A stretch of 26,129 nucleotides of DNA from Alphaproteobacteria bacterium. Lineage in GTDB: Bacteria; Pseudomonadota; Alphaproteobacteria; UBA1280; UBA12223. Below the pieces are notes generated by a model. It worked only from the letters and a program-made list of their open reading frames with translations. It was not told where the DNA came from and made no database searches. Positions 18,217-26,129 of the stretch are shown in pieces (the stretch's first letter is position 1; each line of letters begins with the position of its first letter). Location of the stretch: positions 1 through 26,129 of the forward strand of contig DMEM01000017.1 in the NCBI GenBank assembly GCA_003450915.1, in the 5' to 3' direction. Both the position numbers and the translations under genes were made by a program.

Positions 18217-18819
18217 TTAATATGATAAAGTTGGCATTGCATAAAGCCTAGCATAAGTATAGGCACTTGAAGTAGCATCATACCTAAACAATCCCTTATT
18301 CTTTCCATCTGAGCCATCAAAGTACTCATCTAGACTTTCAGCCATTGAAGTAATGGCACTACTTGTTGTACCCATTCTTAAAGCAATCCAGGCATAACAT
18401 TTTTTACTACCATCACATAAATTTGCTAAATTAGGATTTCCTGAGACATCCCAATCCTCTTTATTAGCCTTTGAAATATAAAAATAATCATATTGAGCAT
18501 GATCTATACCACTTGCATAATCTGCTGATTGAGGATATGAAATATAAGGACCATTCCAACCTGTAACACTATCATCTTGAATTAATGGTAAAGTTGGATT
18601 ATCGGCAGTATAAAGACCACTATTAATATCTTTACCAGTATCTAATACATAAGCCTCATAAGCCTTTACAACTTCTTTAAACTCATTAGCCAAAGCAACC
18701 ACCCTAGCCTGTTTAATTGCACTGTATAATGCCGCGCCTGATATCACCGATAGCGCACCAAAGATTGTCAGAGCAATCCTTGCATCCAAGCCAAACATAG
18801 CACCTTTTTTGCTTAACAT
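18217..18819 (-). CDS. Type IV pilin / GspG-like pseudopilin with variant N-terminus; start revised to MLSKKGA
   Basis: Short basic leader, hydrophobic helix MFGLDARIALTIFGALSVISGAALYSAI, YEAYVLDTG, GWNGPY (GspG-like), C-x5-CYAW. Confidence 0.75.
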   Translation of the reverse strand: MLSKKGAMFGLDARIALTIFGALSVISGAALYSAIKQARVVALANEFKEVVKAYEAYVLDTGKDINSGLYTADNPTLPLIQDDSVTGWNGPYISYPQSADYASGIDHAQYDYFYISKANKEDWDVSGNPNLANLCDGSKKCYAWIALRMGTTSSAITSMAESLDEYFDGSDGKNKGLFRYDATSSAYTYARLYAMPTLSY

Positions 18820-18837
18820 CTCCACATCCTCCATAAC

Positions 18838-19569
18838 TTAATCATTTGGATTTTTAACTGGAGCTATTTTTAAAAATATCGTACCAGTTCCTGACCATCT
18901 AAAATTACCGACATCATCGCCATCTGAATTATCAACTTTTTGATCTATTACTTCCATTAACGCTGTGTCATTTGCAAAGTCAAAACCATTCATAACCGAC
19001 CAGGCATAACACTGTTTTCCTGATGAACAAGCACCTTCTGTATACCATGAATCACCTAAACCCCATGTCTCATCATTTATATCAAGCACATGAACTTCAC
19101 TATAAACAGGATGTTTTAATATATTCACAGATGCTTTTTTATAAGGCAAATAAGGACCTTTCCAACCCGCAAGAGAAGATGAATCTTCTATTAAATCAAC
19201 TGTAATTCTCATATGCAAAGACATACCTGAAGGACCTGTTTTTCTTAAGTCAGACCCAGTATCTAGCAAATGATTTTCCCAAGCTTTACCAACCTCTTGT
19301 AACTCAACCAGTAGAGCAGTTGCTCTGGCTTCTTTAATTGCTGAATATAATGCTGCTCCTGAAATAACTGATAATGCCCCAAAAATTGCTAAAGCAATCC
19401 TAGCATCAAGCCCGAACATGGCACCTTTGGCAGTAAGAACTCTAGTCGCGTGATGACCTGCGACTAACCTAAAGGTAAGTCTACGGAGGCTCATTAAAAA
19501 TATGCTCCCAGCATATTTTCTTAACACTCGACCTTCAAGACCAAACATCGCTCCTTTTTTATTTATCAT
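18838..19569 (-). CDS. Second pilin/GspG-like paralogue, with duplicated KGAMFGL and a 43-codon in-frame extension
   Basis: AAAGGA RBS before ATG 19569; same helix, HLLDTG, GWKGPY, C-x5-CYAW. Confidence 0.75.
   Translation of the reverse strand: MINKKGAMFGLEGRVLRKYAGSIFLMSLRRLTFRLVAGHHATRVLTAKGAMFGLDARIALAIFGALSVISGAALYSAIKEARATALLVELQEVGKAWENHLLDTGSDLRKTGPSGMSLHMRITVDLIEDSSSLAGWKGPYLPYKKASVNILKHPVYSEVHVLDINDETWGLGDSWYTEGACSSGKQCYAWSVMNGFDFANDTALMEVIDQKVDNSDGDDVGNFRWSGTGTIFLKIAPVKNPND
19406..19557 (-). repeat. 23-bp imperfect direct repeats (19406-19428, 19535-19557) flanking a 106-bp palindromic insert
   Basis: 19/23 identical with all 4 mismatches at third codon positions; insert hand-counted at 47/106 G+C, with three hairpins. 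Confidence 0.85.
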
Positions 19570-19680
19570 TATTAATCCTTTTTTCTAAATCAAATTATCC
19601 ATGTTAAATTATGGCATAAGGACACAGAAAGAACAACGAGATTAAAAATTTTTAAGACCTAACTGTTATTAAAATACAAC

Positions 19681-19710
19681 AAAAAAGACCCTCCATAAGG
19701 AGGATCTTCT
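19681..19710 (-). terminator. Terminator after rplS
   Basis: Minus strand AAGATCCTCC-ttat-GGAGGGTCTTTTTT. Confidence 0.88.
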
Positions 19711-19724
19711 TAAAAAAGAATAAA

Positions 19725-20081
19725 TTACTTAGTTCTTTTTTCTGCAATTCTTGCTGACTTACCACGTCTATCACGTAGGTAGTAAAGCTTAGCTCTTCTA
19801 ACAGCACCGTGTCTTACGCACTCAATTTTATCAATAATTGGTGAATAGATTGGGAATACTCTTTCAACGCCTTCGTTGTATGAGATTTTTCTTACTGTGA
19901 AAGTAGAGTTATAACCAGCGTTTCTTCTAGCGATACATACGCCTTCAAAAATCTGGATTCTTTCTCTGTTACCTTCTTTAACTTTTACGTGAACTTTTAA
20001 AGTTGCACCTGCAGAAAATTCAGGAATTTCTTTGTTTAGCTTTTCTAATTGCTTAGCTTCGAATTTTTGAATAATGTTCAT
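19725..20081 (-). CDS. rplS: 50S ribosomal protein L19
   Basis: [42 protein letters not shown]. Confidence 0.98.
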   Translation of the reverse strand: MNIIQKFEAKQLEKLNKEIPEFSAGATLKVHVKVKEGNRERIQIFEGVCIARRNAGYNSTFTVRKISYNEGVERVFPIYSPIIDKIECVRHGAVRRAKLYYLRDRRGKSARIAEKRTK

Positions 20082-20235
20082 TGTTCAAATCTTTCTATGT
20101 TTTATGAAGTTTTAATTTAATAAAACCTCAGTTGCTTCTATAGGGAGTCTCACCTCATCACCCGTTCAACCTAGAAAGGGCTGTTTATAACTGCAAAATA
20201 TTAAATGTAATATAATGCTACATAAATTCTTTGAG

Positions 20236-20264
20236 ATTATAAGAGTTTTTTTCTAAAAAATCAA
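20236..20264 (-). promoter_or_regulatory. sigma70 promoter of rplS, implying a leader of about 150 nt
   Basis: TTGATT-17 nt-TATAAT. Confidence 0.75.
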
Positions 20265-20319
20265 GACCTTTCCAATCTTTTTTTATTACCTATTACAAAA
20301 AATCAAAATTTACTGAAAA

Positions 20320-20790
20320 TTATACATTTTTTAAACTTTTTTTACATTTTGTATTACATTTTTTATATTTTGCATTGACAGGTGTGATATTTTTGACTAA
20401 AATATTCTTACATCCAAAAAAATTCATAGTTTTAAATCAAAAAATTGATCAAAAAGACTACATTTAGAAGTACTTTATTTTTAATTAACCAATAATCAAA
20501 AATAGAGAGTTTCTAAATCCTTTTTTTGGGGATAAAACCAAATCAAAAAAATTTATAATTATATTTTTATTAACAAAGTTATCCGCAGGGGTACTATATC
20601 CTTACATTGTGGATAAGTCTGTTGATTGTATATTTATAATATAGTTTTCTATTGCCTAAACACCTATGTTTCTAAAGGCTTTAGATTTTATTTGTCTATT
20701 TTACTATTTTGTGAATAGACCTGTTAAGTCTTGTATAAACTACAAGACTTTTTTTAATTCCACAGTTTTCTTCACATTTGCTCACATCTA
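20320..20790. other. Candidate replication origin or DnaA-binding locus
   Basis: DnaA boxes TGTGGATAA 20608-20616 (perfect), TTATCCGCA 20579-20587, TGGGGATAA 20527-20535, TGTGAATAG 20710-20718; IHF consensus AATCAAAAAATTG 20435-20447; TACATTTT repeats at 20323, 20343, 20355. Confidence 0.55.
20375..20403 (+). promoter_or_regulatory. Near-consensus sigma70 promoter with no downstream ORF
   Basis: TTGACA-17 nt-TAAAAT pointing into the DnaA-box cluster. Confidence 0.6.
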
Positions 20791-20815
20791 TCATTATGGG
20801 TATTATTAGGGTAAC

Positions 20816-20845
20816 AAAAAAGCCATCTATAAAAGATAGCTTTTT
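20816..20845 (-). terminator. Terminator after gmk
   Basis: Minus strand AAAAAGCTATCT-tttat-AGATGGCTTTTTT. Confidence 0.8.
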
Positions 20846-20858
20846 ATTATAATAAAAC

Positions 20859-21527
20859 TTAATCTTCAAACTGACCTGTAAACTCGTCAATAAATGGAGT
20901 TAACCATGGTTGACGGTGTCGTTTTAGACGTTCAGCACGCAAGATTTGCTGCAAACGACGTAACGTATCTTGTAATGTATCATTGATGAAGATGTAATCA
21001 TATTCTTTCCAATTTTCTAGATATAAAGCATTACGCTTCATTCTAAGCTTAAAAGAATCTTCTGTTTCTGAACCACGATCCCAAAGCCTTTGCTTTAAAG
21101 AATCATATGAAGGAGGAGTTAAAAATACTGAAATAACATCATCACCCATTTGACGTTTTAGCTCACGTGTACCTACATAGTCAATATCAAAGATAATATC
21201 TTCACCATTTTCAAGAGCTTCTTCAACCTGTTGTTTTGGTGTACCATAATACTGTCCAACAACTTCTGTTGTCTCTAAAAAGAAACCCTCTTCTTTTTTC
21301 TTTAAAAACTCTTCTTTTGTCATAAAATGATAATTCAAGCCATCAACCTCGCCTTCTCTTTGAGGTCTTGTTGTTGCTGAAACAGAAAATTTAATATGTT
21401 TTTCTGTTTGGGTTAATAATCTTGCTAGAGTAGTTTTACCACCACCAAGAAGACCATCAAGCACTAAAATCATTCCTCTAAATTTATTTTTTGAAAACAC
21501 ATCATTTATCACATCGTTATTTGGCAT
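20859..21527 (-). CDS. gmk: Guanylate kinase
   Basis: GxxGxGKT P-loop, SVSATTRPQREGEVDGLNYHF, YYGT, FLTPPS, YDYIFIND; follows mltG. Confidence 0.93.
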   Translation of the reverse strand: MPNNDVINDVFSKNKFRGMILVLDGLLGGGKTTLARLLTQTEKHIKFSVSATTRPQREGEVDGLNYHFMTKEEFLKKKEEGFFLETTEVVGQYYGTPKQQVEEALENGEDIIFDIDYVGTRELKRQMGDDVISVFLTPPSYDSLKQRLWDRGSETEDSFKLRMKRNALYLENWKEYDYIFINDTLQDTLRRLQQILRAERLKRHRQPWLTPFIDEFTGQFED

Positions 21528-21563
21528 CTTTTTTACTTACTTTCATTTTTTGTTTAATTAATT

Positions 21564-22520
21564 TTATTTTAGTGTTTTTAAATAATCAGCTACTTTTTTC
21601 TTGTGCTGTTCATAATTTTCAGAGAAAACATGACCTCCTTTACCGTCAGCAACAAAAAATAGATACTTTGTATCAGCTGGATTTGCCACAGCCTTCAAAC
21701 TTTCTAGACCTGGGTTTGCAATTGCTGTTTTAGGAAGCCCGAAGATAACATAGGTGTTAAAATCATTTTTCTCACGCAACATCTTATAAGTAATATCACC
21801 TTGATAATTTTTTGCACCGTAAATAACTGTTGGATCAGCCTGTAGCTTCATTCCTAATTTTAACCTATTTAGGTACACATTTGCAACTATTGGCTTTTCC
21901 CTGTCGATAATAGTTTCTTTTTCTACAATAGAAGCCAGCTTTAATAATTCCTGTTTTGAACTAATCTGAGCATCAATTGAACGATCCCTAGACTTCCAAA
22001 CAGCGTCAAGATCTCTTTCCATAGCACTTTGCATTTGTAAAATTACTGAGTTTTTTGTATCACCTTTTCTAAAAGTGTACGTTTCTGGTAATAAATAACC
22101 TTCTTTAATTTCAACACTAATTTTACCATCTAGTTTATCTTCTTTTTTAACAAGCTCAAAAATTTCTTTAACCGTTAAACCTTCAGGGATTGTTACCCTG
22201 TGATAAACAACCTTACCTTTACTAATTTTTTTAAGAATATCCAAGCCAGACATTCTATTAGTAAGCTGATACTCTCCTGGTTGCAACTTTTTATCATAAT
22301 CTAAAACTACAGCCTGAATCTTAAACAAATCCTCGTTTAAAATTAGACTCTTAGCCTTTAAATCAGAAGCCAAAGAAGATAAGCTCTCACCTTTATCAAA
22401 ATCTATAACAAATATTTGAACTTCTTGATTATTTTTAATAGTTGAATAACTCATAAACGCAAAAAAGCCTATCGCTAGGCCAAGAATTGCTGTTACTGCG
22501 ATAGACTTTAGAATATTCAT
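21564..22520 (-). CDS. mltG: Endolytic transglycosylase MltG (YceG family)
   Basis: N-terminal TM helix, TIPEG, EGYLLPETY, LASIVEKET (catalytic Glu), LQADPTVIY, PIANPG-like AIANPG, YLFFVADGKGGH. Confidence 0.95.
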   Translation of the reverse strand: MNILKSIAVTAILGLAIGFFAFMSYSTIKNNQEVQIFVIDFDKGESLSSLASDLKAKSLILNEDLFKIQAVVLDYDKKLQPGEYQLTNRMSGLDILKKISKGKVVYHRVTIPEGLTVKEIFELVKKEDKLDGKISVEIKEGYLLPETYTFRKGDTKNSVILQMQSAMERDLDAVWKSRDRSIDAQISSKQELLKLASIVEKETIIDREKPIVANVYLNRLKLGMKLQADPTVIYGAKNYQGDITYKMLREKNDFNTYVIFGLPKTAIANPGLESLKAVANPADTKYLFFVADGKGGHVFSENYEQHKKKVADYLKTLK

Positions 22521-22533
22521 AGAATTTTAATTC

Positions 22534-23793
22534 CTATTTAAATTTTTTAAATAGTAAAGATGCGTTTGTACCACCAAATCCAAATGAGTTTGATAAAGCA
22601 TAATCAACAGCCATATGCCTTGCTTCATCTTTAATATAATCAAGATTACAGCCTTCATCTAATTCTTCAATATTAATTGTTGGAGGCAAGATATCATCTT
22701 GTAATGCTTTTATAGAAAACACAGCCTCAATACCGCCTGCGGCACCTAATAAGTGACCTGTCATTGATTTTGTAGCAGATACCATTGTATCTTTACCTAA
22801 AAGCTTTTCAACAGACTGAGACTCAATAATATCACCTGCTGGAGTTGATGTTGCGTGACCATTTACATATTTAACATCTTCAGCTGGAACTTCAGCATCT
22901 TTTAAAGCTGCTTCCATCGCACCAATTGCACCAACACCGTCTGGGTGTGGAGATGTCATATGATAACCGTCACCAGCCATACCATAACCAACGATTTCAG
23001 CAATAATATTTGCACCACGTTTTTCAGCTGATTCTAATGTTTCAAGAACCACAACACCTGAACCTTCACCCATTACAAAACCATCACGTTTTTTATCAAA
23101 CGGACGTGAAGCTTTTTCTGGAGTTTCATTATAACCACTTGATAAAGCTTTTGCTGCTGCGAATCCTGCTACTGAAGTTGGACAGATAGCACTTTCAGCA
23201 CCACCTGCAATCATAATATCAGCATCACCTCTTTGTAAAATTTTAAATGCATCTCCAATTGCATGAGTTGCTGTTGCACAAGCAGTTACCACAGCTGAGT
23301 TTGGCCCCTTAAAGCCATACTTAATAGAAACTTGACCAGAGAACATGTTAATTAAAATTGAGGGAATATAGAATGGAGAGATTCTTTTAGGACCTCTAGT
23401 TTGTAAAGTATTTACAGCTTTCTCAATATCTTCTAAACCACCAACACCCGAACCAAGCATTACACCGATTCTTTTTAACAGCTCCTCGTCTTCAACTGCC
23501 TCTAAGCCAGCCATTTTTAAAGCTTCATCAGTTGCTTTCATACCAAACTGAATAAAACGAGACATTTTCTTCATGTCTTTTTTCCCAATAAACTCTTCAG
23601 CATTAAAACCATCTTCTTCATCAGCACCAGGCACTTGACCTGCAATTTGCACAGCATAATCTGTTGGGTCAAATCTATCAATCCTTCTAATTCCAGACTG
23701 ACCTTTAATTAACTTACCCCAAGTAGGTTCAACTCCAACACCTAATGGTGAAACCAGACCCATACCTGTTATAACAACTCTTTGCTTTTGCAT
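22534..23793 (-). CDS. fabF: 3-oxoacyl-ACP synthase II
   Basis: RVVITGMG, VTACATATHAIG (Cys), NGHATST and KSMTGHLLGAAG (His, His), SNSFGFGGTN. Confidence 0.97.
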   Translation of the reverse strand: MQKQRVVITGMGLVSPLGVGVEPTWGKLIKGQSGIRRIDRFDPTDYAVQIAGQVPGADEEDGFNAEEFIGKKDMKKMSRFIQFGMKATDEALKMAGLEAVEDEELLKRIGVMLGSGVGGLEDIEKAVNTLQTRGPKRISPFYIPSILINMFSGQVSIKYGFKGPNSAVVTACATATHAIGDAFKILQRGDADIMIAGGAESAICPTSVAGFAAAKALSSGYNETPEKASRPFDKKRDGFVMGEGSGVVVLETLESAEKRGANIIAEIVGYGMAGDGYHMTSPHPDGVGAIGAMEAALKDAEVPAEDVKYVNGHATSTPAGDIIESQSVEKLLGKDTMVSATKSMTGHLLGAAGGIEAVFSIKALQDDILPPTINIEELDEGCNLDYIKDEARHMAVDYALSNSFGFGGTNASLLFKKFK

Positions 23794-23855
23794 TTTTAAT
23801 TCCTCTTGATAAATATTTATCTAAACAATGCTATATTTACTTATAGCTCTTGTTG

Positions 23856-23890
23856 AAAAACCACCCGCTTAGAACAAGCGGGCAATTTTT
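23856..23890 (-). terminator. Hairpin / partial terminator between acpP and fabF
   Basis: Minus strand GCCCGCTT-gttct-AAGCGGGT then GGTTTTT. Confidence 0.6.
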
Positions 23891-23944
23891 ATAAATTTCT
23901 TTGTTTTTTTAAGCCCCACGGCCTTTTACTTCTTAAAGCTGAGA

Positions 23945-24181
23945 TTACTCAGAAGCTTTTTCGATGTATTCTACTGCTAGGTTAACAGCTGTAATTTTTT
24001 CTGCATCTTCATCTGGAATTTCGATACCGAATTCTTCTTCCAGAGCCATTACTAGTTCTACTGTATCTAGCGAATCTGCTTCTAAATCATCAATAAAGTT
24101 TGCTGTATCTGTTACTTTCTCTAGTTCTACACCTAGTTGTTCTGCAACGATTTCTTTTACTCTTGTAGAAATTTCTGACAT
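23945..24181 (-). CDS. acpP: Acyl carrier protein; start revised to MSEIST, 78 aa
   Basis: [20 protein letters not shown] phosphopantetheine motif; AAAGGA RBS. Confidence 0.97.
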   Translation of the reverse strand: MSEISTRVKEIVAEQLGVELEKVTDTANFIDDLEADSLDTVELVMALEEEFGIEIPDEDAEKITAVNLAVEYIEKASE

Positions 24182-24273
24182 TTTTAAATATCCTTTTAGT
24201 TTTATTAATTTCAATAAATTGTTTTCATATAACTTTAAATATAAACAATTATATTTTCTTTTACAAGTAATTT

Positions 24274-25248
24274 TTAATTTTTATTATCAAATCTTGATAT
24301 TTTTTTATCTAAAAATTGCTTAAACCCCTTAGTAAGCTCTAGATCTAAAAGAATTACATTAATTTTAGAATAATAAGATTTATCTATCTTAACAAGATCT
24401 TTTAAAGTAGTCACTAATCGTAAATTCTTTTTCTGAGCCTTAGCTATTAAAGATTCTATTTCTATATTTGTATATTTGTGATGATCAGCAAAAGACTTAG
24501 TTTCTTGCAAACACAAACCTTCTTTATTTAATGAATTATAAAACTTAGAAGGAATACCTAAACCACAAAAAGCAAATAAAGACTTAGTTGCTAAACTCTT
24601 ATCAAACTTAATATTTGTTTTTAAATAAAAAGCATCATCATCATAAGCAAAGTCTAAATTACGCTGACGATTTAAAACTACCAAACAGTCTGATCTTTTT
24701 AGACCTGATATTGGCTCTCTTAAAGGTCCTGCAGGCATTACATATTGATTGCCTAGTTGAACCTTACCGTCAACTACCACAACATTTAAATCTCTTTTAA
24801 TATAAGTTGCAGTAAACCCATCATCTAAAATAATAACATCAGCACCTTTTTCTTCTGCTAGTTTTACACCATCTATTCTATTCTTACCAATAACCAGCAT
24901 AATATCATGATTTAGCACTTTTAACATTTGAGTTGCTTCATCACCTATCTGTCCAACATTAAAACCACTATCAACAACCTCTGCATTTTCAAGCTCTGCC
25001 TTGTACGCATGTCCAATAATCGCAACTTTTTTACCTTGAGAATGTAAATATGTAGCCAAAGCAATTGTTAAAGGAGTCTTACCTGTTCCTCCTACATTAA
25101 TATTCCCCACTGAAATAACAAAGGAGCTAGATTGGTAAGCATTTCTTGACCTCAATAAAATATTTAACTTTGAAACTGCACCATAAAGCCATGAAATTGG
25201 TAATAAACTACGAGATAAAGAGGTTTTTTTTGACCAATGTTTTAACAT
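24274..25248 (-). CDS. lpxK: Tetraacyldisaccharide 4'-kinase
   Basis: [53 protein letters not shown]. Confidence 0.93.
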   Translation of the reverse strand: MLKHWSKKTSLSRSLLPISWLYGAVSKLNILLRSRNAYQSSSFVISVGNINVGGTGKTPLTIALATYLHSQGKKVAIIGHAYKAELENAEVVDSGFNVGQIGDEATQMLKVLNHDIMLVIGKNRIDGVKLAEEKGADVIILDDGFTATYIKRDLNVVVVDGKVQLGNQYVMPAGPLREPISGLKRSDCLVVLNRQRNLDFAYDDDAFYLKTNIKFDKSLATKSLFAFCGLGIPSKFYNSLNKEGLCLQETKSFADHHKYTNIEIESLIAKAQKKNLRLVTTLKDLVKIDKSYYSKINVILLDLELTKGFKQFLDKKISRFDNKN

Positions 25249-25254
25249 TTCTAA

Positions 25255-26129
25255 TTATCCTTTTATTTTCGCTCTAAGAGCAGTAATAACAATGTCTGTT
25301 GCGCCTGTCATTGATTCAATTGCTGTTTGAGATTTTTCAACAAAACTAGACAAGAACTCTTTATCAGATAAAGCATTATTTAGATGATTTGTAACCTCTT
25401 GCTCATCTTCGCATATAACCAAAACACCTTTTTTAGTTAAAACGTCTGACATATCTCTAAAGTTTTGCATATTTGGACCTGAATATGTAGGCTTACCAGC
25501 TTTTAATGGTTCTAAAGGATTATGCCCAGCCCATGTAAATGTTCCACCCATTAATACAACATCAGCTAAAGCATACCATAAGCCAACTTCTCCTAAAGTA
25601 TCGGCTAAATAAACATTCATAGAACTTGCTTGCTCTAAGCCTTTTGTTTTCGAACGCTGTACATGATCTAAGTTAGATTCAGCTAATAATTTTGCAATAT
25701 CATCTCCTCTATGTGGATGACGAGGAATTAAAAGCATCAGTAAATCTTTATGTTGTTTTTGTAATTGCTTGTAAATATCGATAGAAATCTCATCTTCACC
25801 TTTATGGGTACTTGAAGCGATGACGACTGGGCGTTGTTTGCCTAGTTGTTGCCGCAGTGATAATCCACTATTGATGATGCTTTCTGAAAATTGAATATCA
25901 AATTTCACCGTACCGGTTACCGATAGTTGTGCTTGGTTTAAACCTAAGGTTTTAAAACGGCGTTGATCATTTTCGTCCTGACATAAAATATGCGTTAACG
26001 TTTGTAATGGCGCAGAGAATAACGATTGAAAACGTTGATATTTTTGCTGTGATTTTTCAGATAATCGGGCATTTACCACTATGGTCGGAATATCTTTGGC
26101 TTTACAGATGGTTAGCATGTTAGGCCATA
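25255..26129 (-). CDS. waaA: Kdo transferase, C-terminal part; the frame continues beyond the window end
   Basis: WPNM...VNARLSEKS, TGTVKFD, ASSTHKGE, IPRHP, DTLGE, GHNPLEP; open frame to 26129. Confidence 0.93.
   Translation of the reverse strand, partial: WPNMLTICKAKDIPTIVVNARLSEKSQQKYQRFQSLFSAPLQTLTHILCQDENDQRRFKTLGLNQAQLSVTGTVKFDIQFSESIINSGLSLRQQLGKQRPVVIASSTHKGEDEISIDIYKQLQKQHKDLLMLLIPRHPHRGDDIAKLLAESNLDHVQRSKTKGLEQASSMNVYLADTLGEVGLWYALADVVLMGGTFTWAGHNPLEPLKAGKPTYSGPNMQNFRDMSDVLTKKGVLVICEDEQEVTNHLNNALSDKEFLSSFVEKSQTAIESMTGATDIVITALRAKIKG

Noticed and set aside
19429-19534. Pilin insert as an integron attC site or a Tat signal (SLRRLTF)
   Set aside because: No RYYYAAC/GTTRRRY core pair and no integrase; the RR motif lacks the consensus Phe and an adjacent hydrophobic region
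19981-19996. parS-like TTTTACGTGAAC inside rplS
   Set aside because: Several mismatches to TGTTTCACGTGAAACA, and explained by the KVHVKV codons
20696-20890. 64-aa ORF overlapping the gmk end
   Set aside because: Spans the gmk terminator and DnaA-like boxes; no RBS; low-complexity AT-rich composition
1-26129. CRISPR array, IS element, rRNA or prophage
   Set aside because: No regularly spaced repeats, transposase/integrase/phage motifs or rRNA-like segments were seen

Overview
Low-GC (roughly 30-33% by eye) chromosomal window from an alphaproteobacterium, inferred from the RpoD/RplS sequences and the acpP-fabF-mltG-gmk and waaA-lpxK gene orders. Core genes: metG (partial), TolC-family OMP, tRNA-Cys, tRNA-Asn, DExD-box helicase, gyrA, rpoD, dnaG, rplS, gmk, mltG, fabF, acpP, lpxK, waaA (partial). 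Accessory content: an HxlR/nitroreductase/ABM redox module, seven orphan ORFs flanking gyrA (most with their own sigma70-like promoter and terminator, three strongly acidic), a lone YvcK-family gene, and two GspG/pilin-like paralogues with a non-canonical KKGA-MFGLD N-terminus. The most striking feature is in the upstream pilin-like gene: a GC-richer, hairpin-rich, in-frame 129-bp insertion duplicates the processing motif, and the two motif copies differ only at third codon positions. Also notable: a four-way-junction RNA leader ahead of an acidic ORFan, a structured leader on a stand-alone rplS, an oriC-like region (DnaA boxes, IHF site, AT-rich repeats, orphan promoter) at about 20.3-20.8 kb, and an apparently chimeric waaA. 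No transposase, integrase, CRISPR array or rRNA was seen. All assignments come from manual motif reading; no database searches were run.
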